A stretch of DNA of 64,000 bases from positions 416,001-480,000 of the forward strand of contig JAXGMI010000002.1 in NCBI GenBank assembly GCA_040768745.1, given 5' to 3'. The position numbers and the translations under genes are program-made. Positions 42,075 to 51,959 of this stretch are shown in pieces. Every line of letters begins with the position of its first letter. Position 1 is the first letter of the stretch. Source of the stretch: Desulfomicrobium sp. Its GTDB lineage: Bacteria > Desulfobacterota > Desulfovibrionia > Desulfovibrionales > Desulfomicrobiaceae. The notes under the pieces were generated by a model. It saw only the letters and a program-made list of their open reading frames with translations, made no database searches and was not told the origin of the DNA.

Positions 42075-43928
42075 ATGAGGGACTGGAAGCTGGCCGCCCT
42101 GGGGGCAGCCATTCTGCTTGCGGTGGGACTTTTTTTCGGACTGGGCCTGCATGAACACCTGACCTTCGAGGCCATCAAAACCTCGCAAACCCGGTTCCAG
42201 GAGCTCTACCATGCATCCCCGCTGCAGGTCGTGGCCGCCTTCCTGGCCACCTACCTGCTGGTCGTCATCCTGAACCTCCCCGGTGCAGCCGTTCTCGGAC
42301 TCCTGGCCGGGGCCATGTTCGGAACCATGACCGGCACGGTCCTCGTCTCCTTCGCCAGTTCCACGGGCGCCACCCTGGCCTGCCTGCTGTCCAGGCTCTT
42401 TCTGCGCGACTGGGTGCGGGGCCGCTTCCCGCAGGCCGCGGCCAAGGTGGACCACGGCATCGAGAGCGAAGGCGCGTTCTACCTCTTCTCCCTGCGCCTG
42501 ATTCCGGCCATCCCCTTCTTCATGATCAATCTGGTCATGGGGCTGACCGCCATGCCCCTGCGCACCTTTTACTGGGTTTCCCAGGTCGGCATGCTCCCGG
42601 GCACCTTTGTCTACGTCCATGCCGGCAGCGAGCTGGGACGACTGAGCTCTGCGGCGGGCATCCTTTCCCCCCGGCTGCTGGCCGCCTTTGCCCTGCTCGG
42701 GTTGTTCCCCCTGGCGGCCAGAAAGGTCCTGGCCCTGTACCGGACAAGATCCGGGGGCAGGGATGCCGGGCCGAAGCCTGTGGCCGGGGAGGCAAACCTG
42801 GAGGCATCCCCTGTCCCGCATGAATCAGCCGCAGCGGCACTGGCCCGCCAGGCCGGCCACGTCGGCGAGGGCTGCACGCAGTGCAAAGCCTGCGTCAGGC
42901 AGTGCGCTTTTCTGGCCAGATACGGAACGCCGGGACAAATCGCACTGGCCACCCTGTCCGGACAGGACGGGGCCGATCCCTATGCGTGCAGCCTGTGCGG
43001 TCTGTGCGGGGCGGTCTGTCCCGAGAAACTGTCCCCCGCAGCCCTGTTTCTGGCCATGCGCCGCCACTCCGTGGACCGCGGCCAGACGGACCTCGCCCGC
43101 TACGCGGCCATCACCGCCTACGAGCGGCGGGGCCACTCGGCACTCTTCTCCTGGTACCCCCCCGGGGGATGCAGGAAGGTCTTCTTCCCGGGGTGCACCC
43201 TGCCCGGGACCAGACCGCAGATCACCTGGCGGTTTTTCCAGGCCCTGCGGCAGGACATACCGGACCTGGGCGTGGTCCTGGACTGCTGCCACAAACCCTC
43301 CCACGATCTGGGCCGGCAGGACTATTTCCTGGAGCGGTTCGGGGCCATCACCCGGCGTCTTGCCGGCCTGGGCGTTGAAGAGGTGCTTGTGGCCTGTCCC
43401 AACTGCTACAAAATTTTTGCCGCATACGGAGGTCCCCTCAAGGTGACCACGATTTACGAGGCGCTTGCCCGCATCGAGGCCGACCCCGGTCCCGGCACCT
43501 GCCGGGTGACGGTGCACGACCCCTGCCCGCTGCGCCACGAGCCAGGAATCCAGGACGCGGTGCGCGTCCTGCTGGCCTCCCGGGGGGTGGGCGTGCGGGA
43601 GATGCAGAATGCCGGGAGAAGCACCCTGTGCTGCGGTGAAGGCGGATCCGTGGGGTTTCACAACCCGGCCTTGGCCAAGGCCTGGGGCGAGAAACGCAAA
43701 GGCCAGGCCCGGGGAGACTGCATCGTCACCTACTGCGCCGGGTGTGCGGAGTTCCTGGGGCGGCTGACCCGGGTCAGCCACCTGGGCGAGATCCTGTTCG
43801 AGCCGGAAAAGGCCCTGGCCGGAAAATGCAGGGCCGCCAAGGCGCCGGTGACCTACCTGCACCGCCTGCTGCTCAAAAGGAGGCTGGAAAAACTTTTCCG
43901 TTCCGCGCAGCAGGGAAAAAAGGGCTGA
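42075..43928 (+). CDS. VTT/TVP38 membrane domain fused to a 4Fe-4S + CCG (GlcF/HdrD-like) domain
   Basis: LRLIPAIPFFMINL...SQVGMLPGT; CTQCKACVRQC, CSLCGLCGAVCP, FFPGC, HDPC, CCGEGG, YCAGC. Confidence 0.85.
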   Translation: MRDWKLAALGAAILLAVGLFFGLGLHEHLTFEAIKTSQTRFQELYHASPLQVVAAFLATYLLVVILNLPGAAVLGLLAGAMFGTMTGTVLVSFASSTGATLACLLSRLFLRDWVRGRFPQAAAKVDHGIESEGAFYLFSLRLIPAIPFFMINLVMGLTAMPLRTFYWVSQVGMLPGTFVYVHAGSELGRLSSAAGILSPRLLAAFALLGLFPLAARKVLALYRTRSGGRDAGPKPVAGEANLEASPVPHESAAAALARQAGHVGEGCTQCKACVRQCAFLARYGTPGQIALATLSGQDGADPYACSLCGLCGAVCPEKLSPAALFLAMRRHSVDRGQTDLARYAAITAYERRGHSALFSWYPPGGCRKVFFPGCTLPGTRPQITWRFFQALRQDIPDLGVVLDCCHKPSHDLGRQDYFLERFGAITRRLAGLGVEEVLVACPNCYKIFAAYGGPLKVTTIYEALARIEADPGPGTCRVTVHDPCPLRHEPGIQDAVRVLLASRGVGVREMQNAGRSTLCCGEGGSVGFHNPALAKAWGEKRKGQARGDCIVTYCAGCAEFLGRLTRVSHLGEILFEPEKALAGKCRAAKAPVTYLHRLLLKRRLEKLFRSAQQGKKG

Positions 43929-44214
43929 CCGGAAATGGCGGCACGCACAAGAACACATTGATCTCCAGATGAAAAAGGAGGAAGGAAGGGTGCAGGCCGC
44001 ACCGGCACGCGTGGCGATCTGCACGCCGGGCCGCGGCCAGGACACAACACCCGACAACGAGGCGCAAGCTGACAACGACATACTGCCCGGCCATGGATCA
44101 AACACTCCTGTGCCAGGGGCGGAAGCACGCCCCTGCCCCGTTGCGGAGAGTTCTGTTCTCGCGGGACCTCTTCAGGCATGGGCTCCGACCAGCACCGAAA
44201 TTCAACCCCTTGCA

Positions 44215-44961
44215 ATGACGTTCTTTTTTGTCATCCTGATCATTTTCGTTGCCGGAATCGTCCAGGGCCTGACCGGGTTCGGCGCAGCGCTGGTGGCCCT
44301 CCCGCTGCTGGCCCTGGTCCTGCCCATGATCCAGGCCGTCCCTCTCATCTGCCTGGTGGGTTTCTGCATGACCCTGCAGATGATCCCCGAACTGCGCGGC
44401 AGTGTGCTCTGGAAACCGGCCGCTCTGCTTATGGCAGCCTCCATGCCGGGCCTGGCCCTGGGCACCCACGCCCTGCGCACCGTCTCCCCGTCGCTGTTGA
44501 GCGGGCTGCTCGGGGCCATGACCCTGGCCTTCTCCCTGTTTTCCCTGCGCCGCAAGGGCCGCGTCCTGCCCCTGGGCACAATCAGCTGCATCGCAGCCGG
44601 GTTCATGGCCGGCTGGCTGAACGGGGCCATCAGTGCGGGCGGCCCCCCGGTCATCGCCTACGCCTCGCTCCAGCCGTGGTCCAAGGACGAGATCAAGGCC
44701 ACCCTGCTCGCTTTTTTTGTCGTGGCCAGTGTGAGCACCGTCATCTCCTACGTCATGGCAGGCCTCTACTCGGCTTCGACCTTGCAGTATTTCGGGGCCT
44801 CGGTGCCCGGTCTGGTCTTCGGGGTGTGGATCGGCAGGCGCTGGTACGGCGGCATGAGTTCCGAGTCCTACCGCAAAATAGTGTGCTACATGCTCATGCT
44901 GATGGGCATCATAAGCCTTGGCAAGCCGGTTCTGGAGTGGCTCGATCTGCTGGGCCAGTAA
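44215..44961 (+). CDS. TSUP (TauE/SafE) family transporter
   Basis: AGIVQGLTGFGAAL, AGWLNGAISAGGPP; about 8 hydrophobic segments. Confidence 0.85.
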   Translation: MTFFFVILIIFVAGIVQGLTGFGAALVALPLLALVLPMIQAVPLICLVGFCMTLQMIPELRGSVLWKPAALLMAASMPGLALGTHALRTVSPSLLSGLLGAMTLAFSLFSLRRKGRVLPLGTISCIAAGFMAGWLNGAISAGGPPVIAYASLQPWSKDEIKATLLAFFVVASVSTVISYVMAGLYSASTLQYFGASVPGLVFGVWIGRRWYGGMSSESYRKIVCYMLMLMGIISLGKPVLEWLDLLGQ

Positions 44962-45099
44962 CGTCCGCCCTCCCCCACATCTGTCAAGCACAGGCCGTGG
45001 GTGAGCCGTTGCACAACGCGCCGGGCCGGGTTCCGTCCCCCCGTTGATCCCGGCTCGGGCATGCCCGGTGGCAGCCGCGGCGTGGGCGTGCAGTCCGCG

Positions 45100-46059
45100 C
45101 TAAGGTCCACTGCCAGTCGCCGGCATGGCCCCCCCGGACAGGGCGGAATTCACCGCATCTCTGACCATCCCGTACACCTCATCGGCGGACCCTGCCTCGG
45201 CCAAGGGGCCGCTGAGGCTGTCCAGCACGGAAATGTGGCCGTCCGCGTTGCGGTCTGCAAGGATCAGAACCGGTTCAGCGTCGCCCTTTTCGTCATGCAC
45301 CACGACGTCCATGGACCTGCCCTGCCTCTTCCCTTCCGTGATGGTGACCCGCACCCGCCCCAGGGAAGTGCGGAGTTCCGCCGCAAAGGTGCAGACCTCC
45401 CCCGGACAGAGGGGAACCCCGCTCCCGTCGAACCGCGTGCTGCGGGTGAACGGCCTGATGGTGCCGTACAGATTCTTGCCGCTGTGGAAGATGAGCACCG
45501 GGTCCCCAGGTCTGCAGAAACGGAACAGCCAGTCCATGTCCGTGTTGTCCAGCGCCACGCATCCTTCGGTCCAGTCCCGCTCCCTGTTCACGCCGAAGTA
45601 CCGGTACACCCCACCCCCATGAATGGCGATGCCGCAGCCCAACCCGGTATTGCACGGGGCGGGTCTCGATTTCCAGGCCGCGTCGCGGATTCTCGTGTAC
45701 CCGGCCAGGGAGATCACACCCTCGGCCAAGGCCTTCTCCGCGTTGGCGGGATTGGGATAGGACAGGCCCAGGGTCCGATGGAAGCGGCTTCGGTCATTTT
45801 TGTTCGTCACCATGTAGAGACCCTCGGGCGTTGCGCAATCAAAGGCCTTGTGCTTGTCCGACTTGGGATCGATGCCGAACGAGGCCGGAAATCGGGCCAC
45901 CGGCCTGTCGTCCAAAAACACGACGGCCTCCCCCTTGGCCTTGTCGATGACCACGGTTCGCCGTGATGCGATGGCCCCTTCCGCCACAAGCATCTGAGCC
46001 ACCATGGCAGCCACGACACATATCGTCCATTGACTTTTAAAAAATTGAGGGAGTATCAT
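45100..46059 (-). CDS. YkuD-family L,D-peptidase, YafK/DpaA-like
   Basis: TPEGLY...SRFHRTLGLSYPN...IAIHGG...WTEGCVAL; N-terminal signal-like segment. Confidence 0.8.
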   Translation of the reverse strand: MILPQFFKSQWTICVVAAMVAQMLVAEGAIASRRTVVIDKAKGEAVVFLDDRPVARFPASFGIDPKSDKHKAFDCATPEGLYMVTNKNDRSRFHRTLGLSYPNPANAEKALAEGVISLAGYTRIRDAAWKSRPAPCNTGLGCGIAIHGGGVYRYFGVNRERDWTEGCVALDNTDMDWLFRFCRPGDPVLIFHSGKNLYGTIRPFTRSTRFDGSGVPLCPGEVCTFAAELRTSLGRVRVTITEGKRQGRSMDVVVHDEKGDAEPVLILADRNADGHISVLDSLSGPLAEAGSADEVYGMVRDAVNSALSGGAMPATGSGP

Positions 46060-46104
46060 AGGTTAAACAGCTCATTAAACCGTTCCCAGAAAGGAGGAAG
46101 AACG

Positions 46105-46431
46105 ATGGTCACAATTGCCAGAAATCGAGCATTGTCAGTCACCCTTTTTTCCGCTGTCCTGCTTTTCCTGATGGGGATGAGCGGTTGCGCAAGCCTGAAC
46201 AAGGAAGACAGGGCCCTTTTGGAGAGTACGCGACAATCGGCCCAGGAGGCCAAGGCTGCCGCAGCCAGGGCCGAGGCCGTCGGCAAACGGCTCGAGGACA
46301 TGGGACTTCGCCTGGAAAAGGCGGCGGCCAGCGCTGAACAGTCTGCAACCAAGGCCGAGCTGGCGGCCGAACGCGCAGATGCCGCGGCCGAAAAGGCCGA
46401 GCGCATCTTCACCAAGTCCCTGAAGAAGTAG
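46105..46431 (+). CDS. Lpp/OprI-like alanine-zipper lipoprotein
   Basis: Signal peptide ending MSG-C28, Ala-rich coiled coil, C-terminus KAERIFTKSLKK; AGGAGG RBS. Confidence 0.8.
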   Translation: MVTIARNRALSVTLFSAVLLFLMGMSGCASLNKEDRALLESTRQSAQEAKAAAARAEAVGKRLEDMGLRLEKAAASAEQSATKAELAAERADAAAEKAERIFTKSLKK

Positions 46432-46442
46432 CCTGACACCGG

Positions 46443-47363
46443 CTATGGCGTCTCGGGCCAAGCGACAGCCATAGGCACCCCCGACTTTTCCTCCACGGCC
46501 TTGGAAAGGGCCTCGCGGTCGATGTAGAGGGGGCCTATGGCTGTTTCATGGTACAGAAGCTCCTCCATGACCTGCAAAAGCGGATTGCCCATACGGTTTT
46601 CAAAGTCATCGAACACCTGCACCCAGAACTTCTCCCCTGACCATCCGAACTTGACCGGCTCATAGATGACCTGCACCGTCGCGCCCACGGGCACCATGGG
46701 GTAGAGCGCCCCCACGTCTTCCGGGTACATGCGGATGCAGCCATGGCTCACCCTGCGCCCGATGCCCCAGGGCTTGTTGGTCCCGTGGATGGCGTACGCC
46801 ATTCTGGACAGACGGAACGCATAGTCGCCCAGGGGATTGTCCGGCCCGGGAGGAACCTCTGCCGGGAGGGTGGGGTCCTCCGTCCTGATGGACTCCGGAA
46901 CGACCCAGGTCGGATTGGCCGTCTTGCTTTTCACGGTGTAGGTGCCCAATTGGGTCAGAAACCCCTCTGCGCCGATGCCGATGGGTGCCGTGAGAAAATA
47001 GTCATGGCCTCCGTTGGAGAAGAAGTAGTACAGCCGCATCTCCGCCAGATTGACGACGATGCCGGAGCCGATGCGCCCCTGCGGGAGCACCAGGGACAGC
47101 GGGACAAGGACGAGACTTCCCTTGGCCGGGACCCAGGGGTCGATGTCCGGATTGGCGGCGACAATCTGGTTGTACCCGAGGTCAAATTCGCGGGCGATAT
47201 CCAGGAGGGTGTCCCCTTCCTCCACCCGCACGTATCGCACAGACCCGTAGTGCACATTGTCCGGGGACAGGATGAAGGATCTCAGGGCCCATGCCCAGGA
47301 GGAATGGAGCAGGACGAGGATGATGGCGGACATTCCGAAAAAGGATGCACCCAGTCGCTGCAT
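46443..47363 (-). CDS. LysM-YkuD L,D-transpeptidase (ErfK/YbiS/YcfS type)
   Basis: GDTLLDIAREFDLG...ANPDIDPW, VNLAEMRLYY, PPGPDNPLG, AIHGTN...VSHGCIRM. Confidence 0.9.
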   Translation of the reverse strand: MQRLGASFFGMSAIILVLLHSSWAWALRSFILSPDNVHYGSVRYVRVEEGDTLLDIAREFDLGYNQIVAANPDIDPWVPAKGSLVLVPLSLVLPQGRIGSGIVVNLAEMRLYYFFSNGGHDYFLTAPIGIGAEGFLTQLGTYTVKSKTANPTWVVPESIRTEDPTLPAEVPPGPDNPLGDYAFRLSRMAYAIHGTNKPWGIGRRVSHGCIRMYPEDVGALYPMVPVGATVQVIYEPVKFGWSGEKFWVQVFDDFENRMGNPLLQVMEELLYHETAIGPLYIDREALSKAVEEKSGVPMAVAWPETP

Positions 47364-47879
47364 GTCTCTGTTGTCACTGAACACGGCTCCCCCCTGGCAA
47401 CTCCCGCAGACCGTGGTGCGGCGTGGACACGTGCGTGGATGTGTCTGGACCTGTGCACGGCTGCGTTGCGTCGCAGATGATATCTGCCCCATGCACTGCA
47501 ACAGTTTCGGGCGGCCTGCAACCACCCCTCCGACAATCAATCGCGGACCCTGCACCTCGCTGCCGACACAATGACACTCTCCGGACAGGCGCGGAACAAA
47601 ATCCAGGCAAGGCTACCTGGCCTCAAATCCGGGGGCGACCTCATATGGATTCATTCTTTCTGCTTGTTTTTATTATATTTTATAGCAAAGCCATGATGTG
47701 AACTCAATTCGCCGGCCTGGGCAGAGGCACGGGTGGGCCCTGGCCGGTCAACCAGACTGGAGGTCGAAGCCATCCGGGTGCTGATGCATGGCAGGAAAAC
47801 CGGCTCAGGACGTCTGGACATGCACGCACCAAAAGGGTCACAAGGGGTTCAGCCCCCTGCATTGCCCTGTCCAACCCAC

Positions 47880-48935
47880 ATGAGGACCATGCGCAGAGTG
47901 AACGTGCACAATTCCGGGCCCAGGCCCAGCAGGCAGGTCAGGGCCATCCTGGCCGCCACCCGTCATTCCGGGTCAGAGACCGCGTCCGATCCCGGCCCCC
48001 CCTGCAGACCGGCATACCTTGCCCTGCACAGGTCAGGCGAACTGCTTGAGCGGGCCCGGCGTATGTGGAGCATGATGGGAAAATGCCGGCTCTGTCCAAG
48101 GGAATGCGGGGCGAACCGCCTGCAGGGCAAGCGGGGATTCTGCGGCACCACAGGCACAACCCTGACCGTGTCCTCCTTTCATCCGCACTTTGGGGAGGAG
48201 AGGCCCCTGGTCGGCACCAATGGCTCCGGCACGATCTTTTTTTCGCACTGCAGCCTGCGCTGTGTCTTCTGTCAGAACTGGGAAATCAGCATGCAGGGCT
48301 GTGGCGCTGAACGCAGCGTGGAGGATCTGGCAGGGATGATGCTGTGGCTGCAGCGCATCGGGTGCCACAACATAAACCTGGTCACCCCCACGCATTATTC
48401 CGCCCACATCCTCAAAGCCCTCGATCTCGCTGCCGGACGGGACCTGCGGTTGCCCGTCGTGTACAATACCAGCGGGTGGGAGCGCCTCGAAATCCTGAAG
48501 CTTCTTGATGGAATCGTGGACATTTACATGCCTGATTTCAAGTACTGGGACAGCGGCATGGCATCCACATATTCCTCCGGGGCTGACAGCTACCCCGGGG
48601 TGACGGCGGAAGCCATCGTGGAGATGCAGCGTCAGATCGGCAGCCCTCAGTATACAGCGGAAGGAGTCATGCAGCGGGGAATCATCGTTCGGCATCTGGT
48701 GATGCCGAACACGGTCAGCGGATCGGAACAGATCATGGAGTGGATAGCGAAGAATATGAAAAAAGACATTTATATCAATATAATGGCGCAATACCGCCCC
48801 GAGTACAAAGCCCATCAGTACCCTGACATAGCGCGAAAAATCACCATGGCTGAATACGCATCCGTTGTTGAAAAAGCCAGAAAGCTCGGATTGACCAACC
48901 TGGATGTGCATACCGCGTCGCTGATGCAGTTCTGA
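47880..48935 (+). CDS. PflX-like radical SAM protein
   Basis: CRLCPRECG, HFGEE, GSGTIFF.HCSLRCVFCQN, VRHLVMP, NIMAQYRP; start uncertain. Confidence 0.85.
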   Translation: MRTMRRVNVHNSGPRPSRQVRAILAATRHSGSETASDPGPPCRPAYLALHRSGELLERARRMWSMMGKCRLCPRECGANRLQGKRGFCGTTGTTLTVSSFHPHFGEERPLVGTNGSGTIFFSHCSLRCVFCQNWEISMQGCGAERSVEDLAGMMLWLQRIGCHNINLVTPTHYSAHILKALDLAAGRDLRLPVVYNTSGWERLEILKLLDGIVDIYMPDFKYWDSGMASTYSSGADSYPGVTAEAIVEMQRQIGSPQYTAEGVMQRGIIVRHLVMPNTVSGSEQIMEWIAKNMKKDIYINIMAQYRPEYKAHQYPDIARKITMAEYASVVEKARKLGLTNLDVHTASLMQF

Positions 48936-49039
48936 ATGCGCCAGGAAGGCCCTCCCAACCATGCCCCGCAAGAGTCCCGGAAGGCATGTTTCGCTCGGAA
49001 CCGGGCGGCCTGTCATGCATCCTGGAGCGCAGGGGAGCC

Positions 49040-49249
49040 TCACGGATTGGGGCCAAGAATGATCTCGGAATCCTCCGGGAAATACCTCCGGTACATCTCC
49101 TCGGTCATGGGTTCCCGTCTTTTGAGGGCCTCACGCATGAGCCTGTATCCCTCGTCCTCGGCGGCACCCTCCCGATACAGGGGTCCTGCACCAAACATCT
49201 CGGCGTATTCATCCACCAGAGCCTTTTTTTCTTCTTCTGACAGATTCAT
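49040..49249 (-). CDS. 69-aa hypothetical protein
   Basis: MNLSEEEKKALVDEYAEMF...; GGAGGG RBS. Confidence 0.55.
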   Translation of the reverse strand: MNLSEEEKKALVDEYAEMFGAGPLYREGAAEDEGYRLMREALKRREPMTEEMYRRYFPEDSEIILGPNP

Positions 49250-49317
49250 GTCCCCTCCCTGGCCTCGGATTCCTGCATGCTGGGCTTTCCGAAGGCCTGC
49301 GTCATCCAGCGAATATA

Positions 49318-49968
49318 TCATAAAGGATATCCCACCGTCTGCGCGAGCACAATTTTCTTCTGTGCCGGAAGCTGCAGGGCCTTGGCCAGGGCCTGGCGGT
49401 CAACCATACCCCGGACCACGGTGGCCAGCCCTTCCGATGCGCAGAACAGGTAGACGTTCTGGCTGATGAAGCCGGTGTCCGCACCCATATACAATGCCTG
49501 GTCGTCCGTGGCGGCGCCCTTCATTTTGTCTGTATCGGCCACGTACACCAGGTTGAGCGGGGCCGTGGCCACGAAATCCTGAGGGCCCGTCAGGGTGCGC
49601 AGGTCGCCCTGGGCCACGGCCTTCAGGGAGTGGGACTTGGCGTCGTACTGGTAGGCGCCCTCTTCCATGACGACATAGACCTCCACTTCCTGCCAGTTCC
49701 TGGCCGAAGGGGCGGTCCGCTTGCCGGATTGCGGCCGGTTGATCCCGGCCGCCGCCCACAGGAGATCGCTCAGGACCTGACCAGGCAACTGCCTGGAGCT
49801 GAAAGCGCGGGATGACTGCCGGTCCAGGAGGGCCTGCATGAGGGGCCTCCCGCCCTGCACCTGTGGCGAGGGCAGGGCCATGTTTAGGCGGCTCAGATCC
49901 GCTGTCCACGAGGGCGAAGCCAGCGTCATCAAACCGAACAGGGCCACGGCAACCTTGATTCTGGGCAT
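49318..49968 (-). CDS. Nitroreductase / SagB-ThcOx family protein with signal peptide
   Basis: RQSSRAF, LLWAAAGINR, RTAPSA.N, QNVYLFCASEGL. Confidence 0.85.
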   Translation of the reverse strand: MPRIKVAVALFGLMTLASPSWTADLSRLNMALPSPQVQGGRPLMQALLDRQSSRAFSSRQLPGQVLSDLLWAAAGINRPQSGKRTAPSARNWQEVEVYVVMEEGAYQYDAKSHSLKAVAQGDLRTLTGPQDFVATAPLNLVYVADTDKMKGAATDDQALYMGADTGFISQNVYLFCASEGLATVVRGMVDRQALAKALQLPAQKKIVLAQTVGYPL

Positions 49969-50061
49969 TGTGCATTCTCCGTTGGCAGTCTCGAGAAAGC
50001 AGCCCCGGCCGGTTTCCCGTCCAGGGCTGCTTTGGTGCAAAACAGAAGGGGAACCGCGATG

Positions 50062-50373
50062 CTATGGCTTCACGACAATGTTGTTGACCACGCTTTTGAC
50101 TCCTTCCGTCGAGCGCGCCAGTTCCCCGGCGCGGGACTTCTCCTGCGCATTCTTGGCGAATCCGGAAATCTGCACAACGCCTTTCAGGGTTTCAACGCTG
50201 ATGGCCATGGCGCTGACCTGCTTGTCGTTGGCGAATTTCGCCTTGACCTGGGTGGTGATGACCGAGTCGTCGATGTATGCCCCCACGGTGGACTGGTCCC
50301 GGGTGACAGCACAGCCCGCTGATGCGAAGGCGAGCAAGGCTGCAAGAACGAGTGAAAGCGCCGAATGTTTCAT
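50062..50373 (-). CDS. Single BON-domain lipoprotein
   Basis: Lipobox SAGC; IDDSVITTQVKAK...VETLKGVVQISGF...GVKSVVN. Confidence 0.88.
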   Translation of the reverse strand: MKHSALSLVLAALLAFASAGCAVTRDQSTVGAYIDDSVITTQVKAKFANDKQVSAMAISVETLKGVVQISGFAKNAQEKSRAGELARSTEGVKSVVNNIVVKP

Positions 50374-50777
50374 AGCATGTCTCCTTGTTGAACGTTTTGT
50401 AGTGCCACATCGGATCACAGGACAACCTGGAAAACTGGCCTGCCCGAAAACGAGCGGATCTCCACGGCGGAATATTGCGCACCGCACCCCATCTGAGCAA
50501 GGGAGCGCATGCGAGATGATTCATCTTAAAAAATCCCGGCGGAAAATGTAATCCTCCAATTTCTCTTTTTCCGGACTTCCGGCCTGCCCGTGCATGCGCG
50601 GACCGATCCACGGGTTGTGAAGAGGAAGGCAAGGCCGGCCGTGCGGCCGGCCTGGAAGCGGGGACCCGGCATTGCGGATTCTTTCAAGCGCATCGCGCTG
50701 GCCACAAATGGCACGTCAGCCAGGCGGCGTGACGCGTGCCCCCTGGCTGACGAGTTCCGGCAGTCCGCAACGCGCGG

Positions 50778-51959
50778 TTACATGGCGTTGCCGGCGTTCA
50801 ATTCGGCTATGGTCTGGTCGATGGAATCCCGCAGCTCCTGGGGCAGGCCCATGATCTCCACATTGAGGAAACCTCGCACAATGGTCGAAGTGGCTTCATC
50901 CTCGTCCAGGCCACGGGCCATGAGGTATTCGATCTCCTCCTGGGCGATCTTGCCCACGGCCGCCTCATGGGACAACTCCACTCCGGGTTTGCGCCCCTGC
51001 AGCTCCGGGATGGCGTGGATGACCCCGCCCCCGAGAATGAGCCCCTTGCACTCGAGATGGCCGCGGGCCGGCACCGCATCGCCGATGATCTCGCCCCGGG
51101 CGACGATGGTCCCGCCGGTAGTGATGGTTCTGGAGACGATCTCGCCGCGGGTGTTCGGCGCGTTCATCACGATGCGGTTGCCCGTGTCGACATGGGACCC
51201 GGCCGGGGTGACGATGACGGAATTGAACCGGGCCACGGCTCCGGGGCCATTCAGGTAAATGGTCGGGTAGGACTGTACCGACTTGACCTTCTTGAGCAGG
51301 ACGTAGTTGTTCTGCAGGACCCCTCCCTCCTCAACGACGCCCACAGTCCTGGGCCGGACCATGACCTCCTCGCCCCAGTTGTGAACCATGGTGAAGGTCA
51401 GCTTGCCGCCCTTCTTGATGTAGAATTCGGAAATGCCCAGATGCAGGGCTGATGTGACTCCGTGGGACGTGGCGCAGCCCGTGATGATGTGGACTTCTGA
51501 ATCCTCCTCCACGACCACGATATTGTGGATGTTCTGACCCACGTTCTGGCCCTTGATGAAGAGACAGGTCTGCACGGGCTCATCCACCTTGGCCCCCTTC
51601 TCGGTGCGGATGAAATAGCCGCCGTGCAGTTCCTCCTGTTTTGCGGTGCGGGTGAAGTCGTCCTTGTCCGGATCCATGCCCTTCCAGAAGTATTCCGGCA
51701 GCCCATCGTATTTCCGGAGGGCCTGCTTGATGCCGAGCACCTCCACCCCCTTGCGGGAGCTATTGCAGTGCACGGTGCTGTGGTCGAACTGCAGAAACGT
51801 TCCAGCGCGGTCCGAGGCCGCGTCCACGTCAACGCCGACCATGCGGAGTTCGCGCTTGCTCTCCGCACTGAGGGTGGACAGGTCATCGACTTCGGCGCTC
51901 TGTCTGCCCGAAAAGGCATAGGAGTTCAGGTCGACCAGGGGTTGGCTCAGTTCAGACAT
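50778..51959 (-). CDS. SufB/SufD-family scaffold (SmsB-like)
   Basis: HIITGC, GISEFY, FTMVHNWG, GHLECKGL, LSHEAAVGKIA, YLMARGL. Confidence 0.9.
   Translation of the reverse strand: MSELSQPLVDLNSYAFSGRQSAEVDDLSTLSAESKRELRMVGVDVDAASDRAGTFLQFDHSTVHCNSSRKGVEVLGIKQALRKYDGLPEYFWKGMDPDKDDFTRTAKQEELHGGYFIRTEKGAKVDEPVQTCLFIKGQNVGQNIHNIVVVEEDSEVHIITGCATSHGVTSALHLGISEFYIKKGGKLTFTMVHNWGEEVMVRPRTVGVVEEGGVLQNNYVLLKKVKSVQSYPTIYLNGPGAVARFNSVIVTPAGSHVDTGNRIVMNAPNTRGEIVSRTITTGGTIVARGEIIGDAVPARGHLECKGLILGGGVIHAIPELQGRKPGVELSHEAAVGKIAQEEIEYLMARGLDEDEATSTIVRGFLNVEIMGLPQELRDSIDQTIAELNAGNAM

Noticed and set aside
47697..47714. Rex-box-like ATGTGAACTCAATTCGCC
   Set aside because: Wrong spacing and poor right half relative to TTGTGAA-N4-TTCACAA
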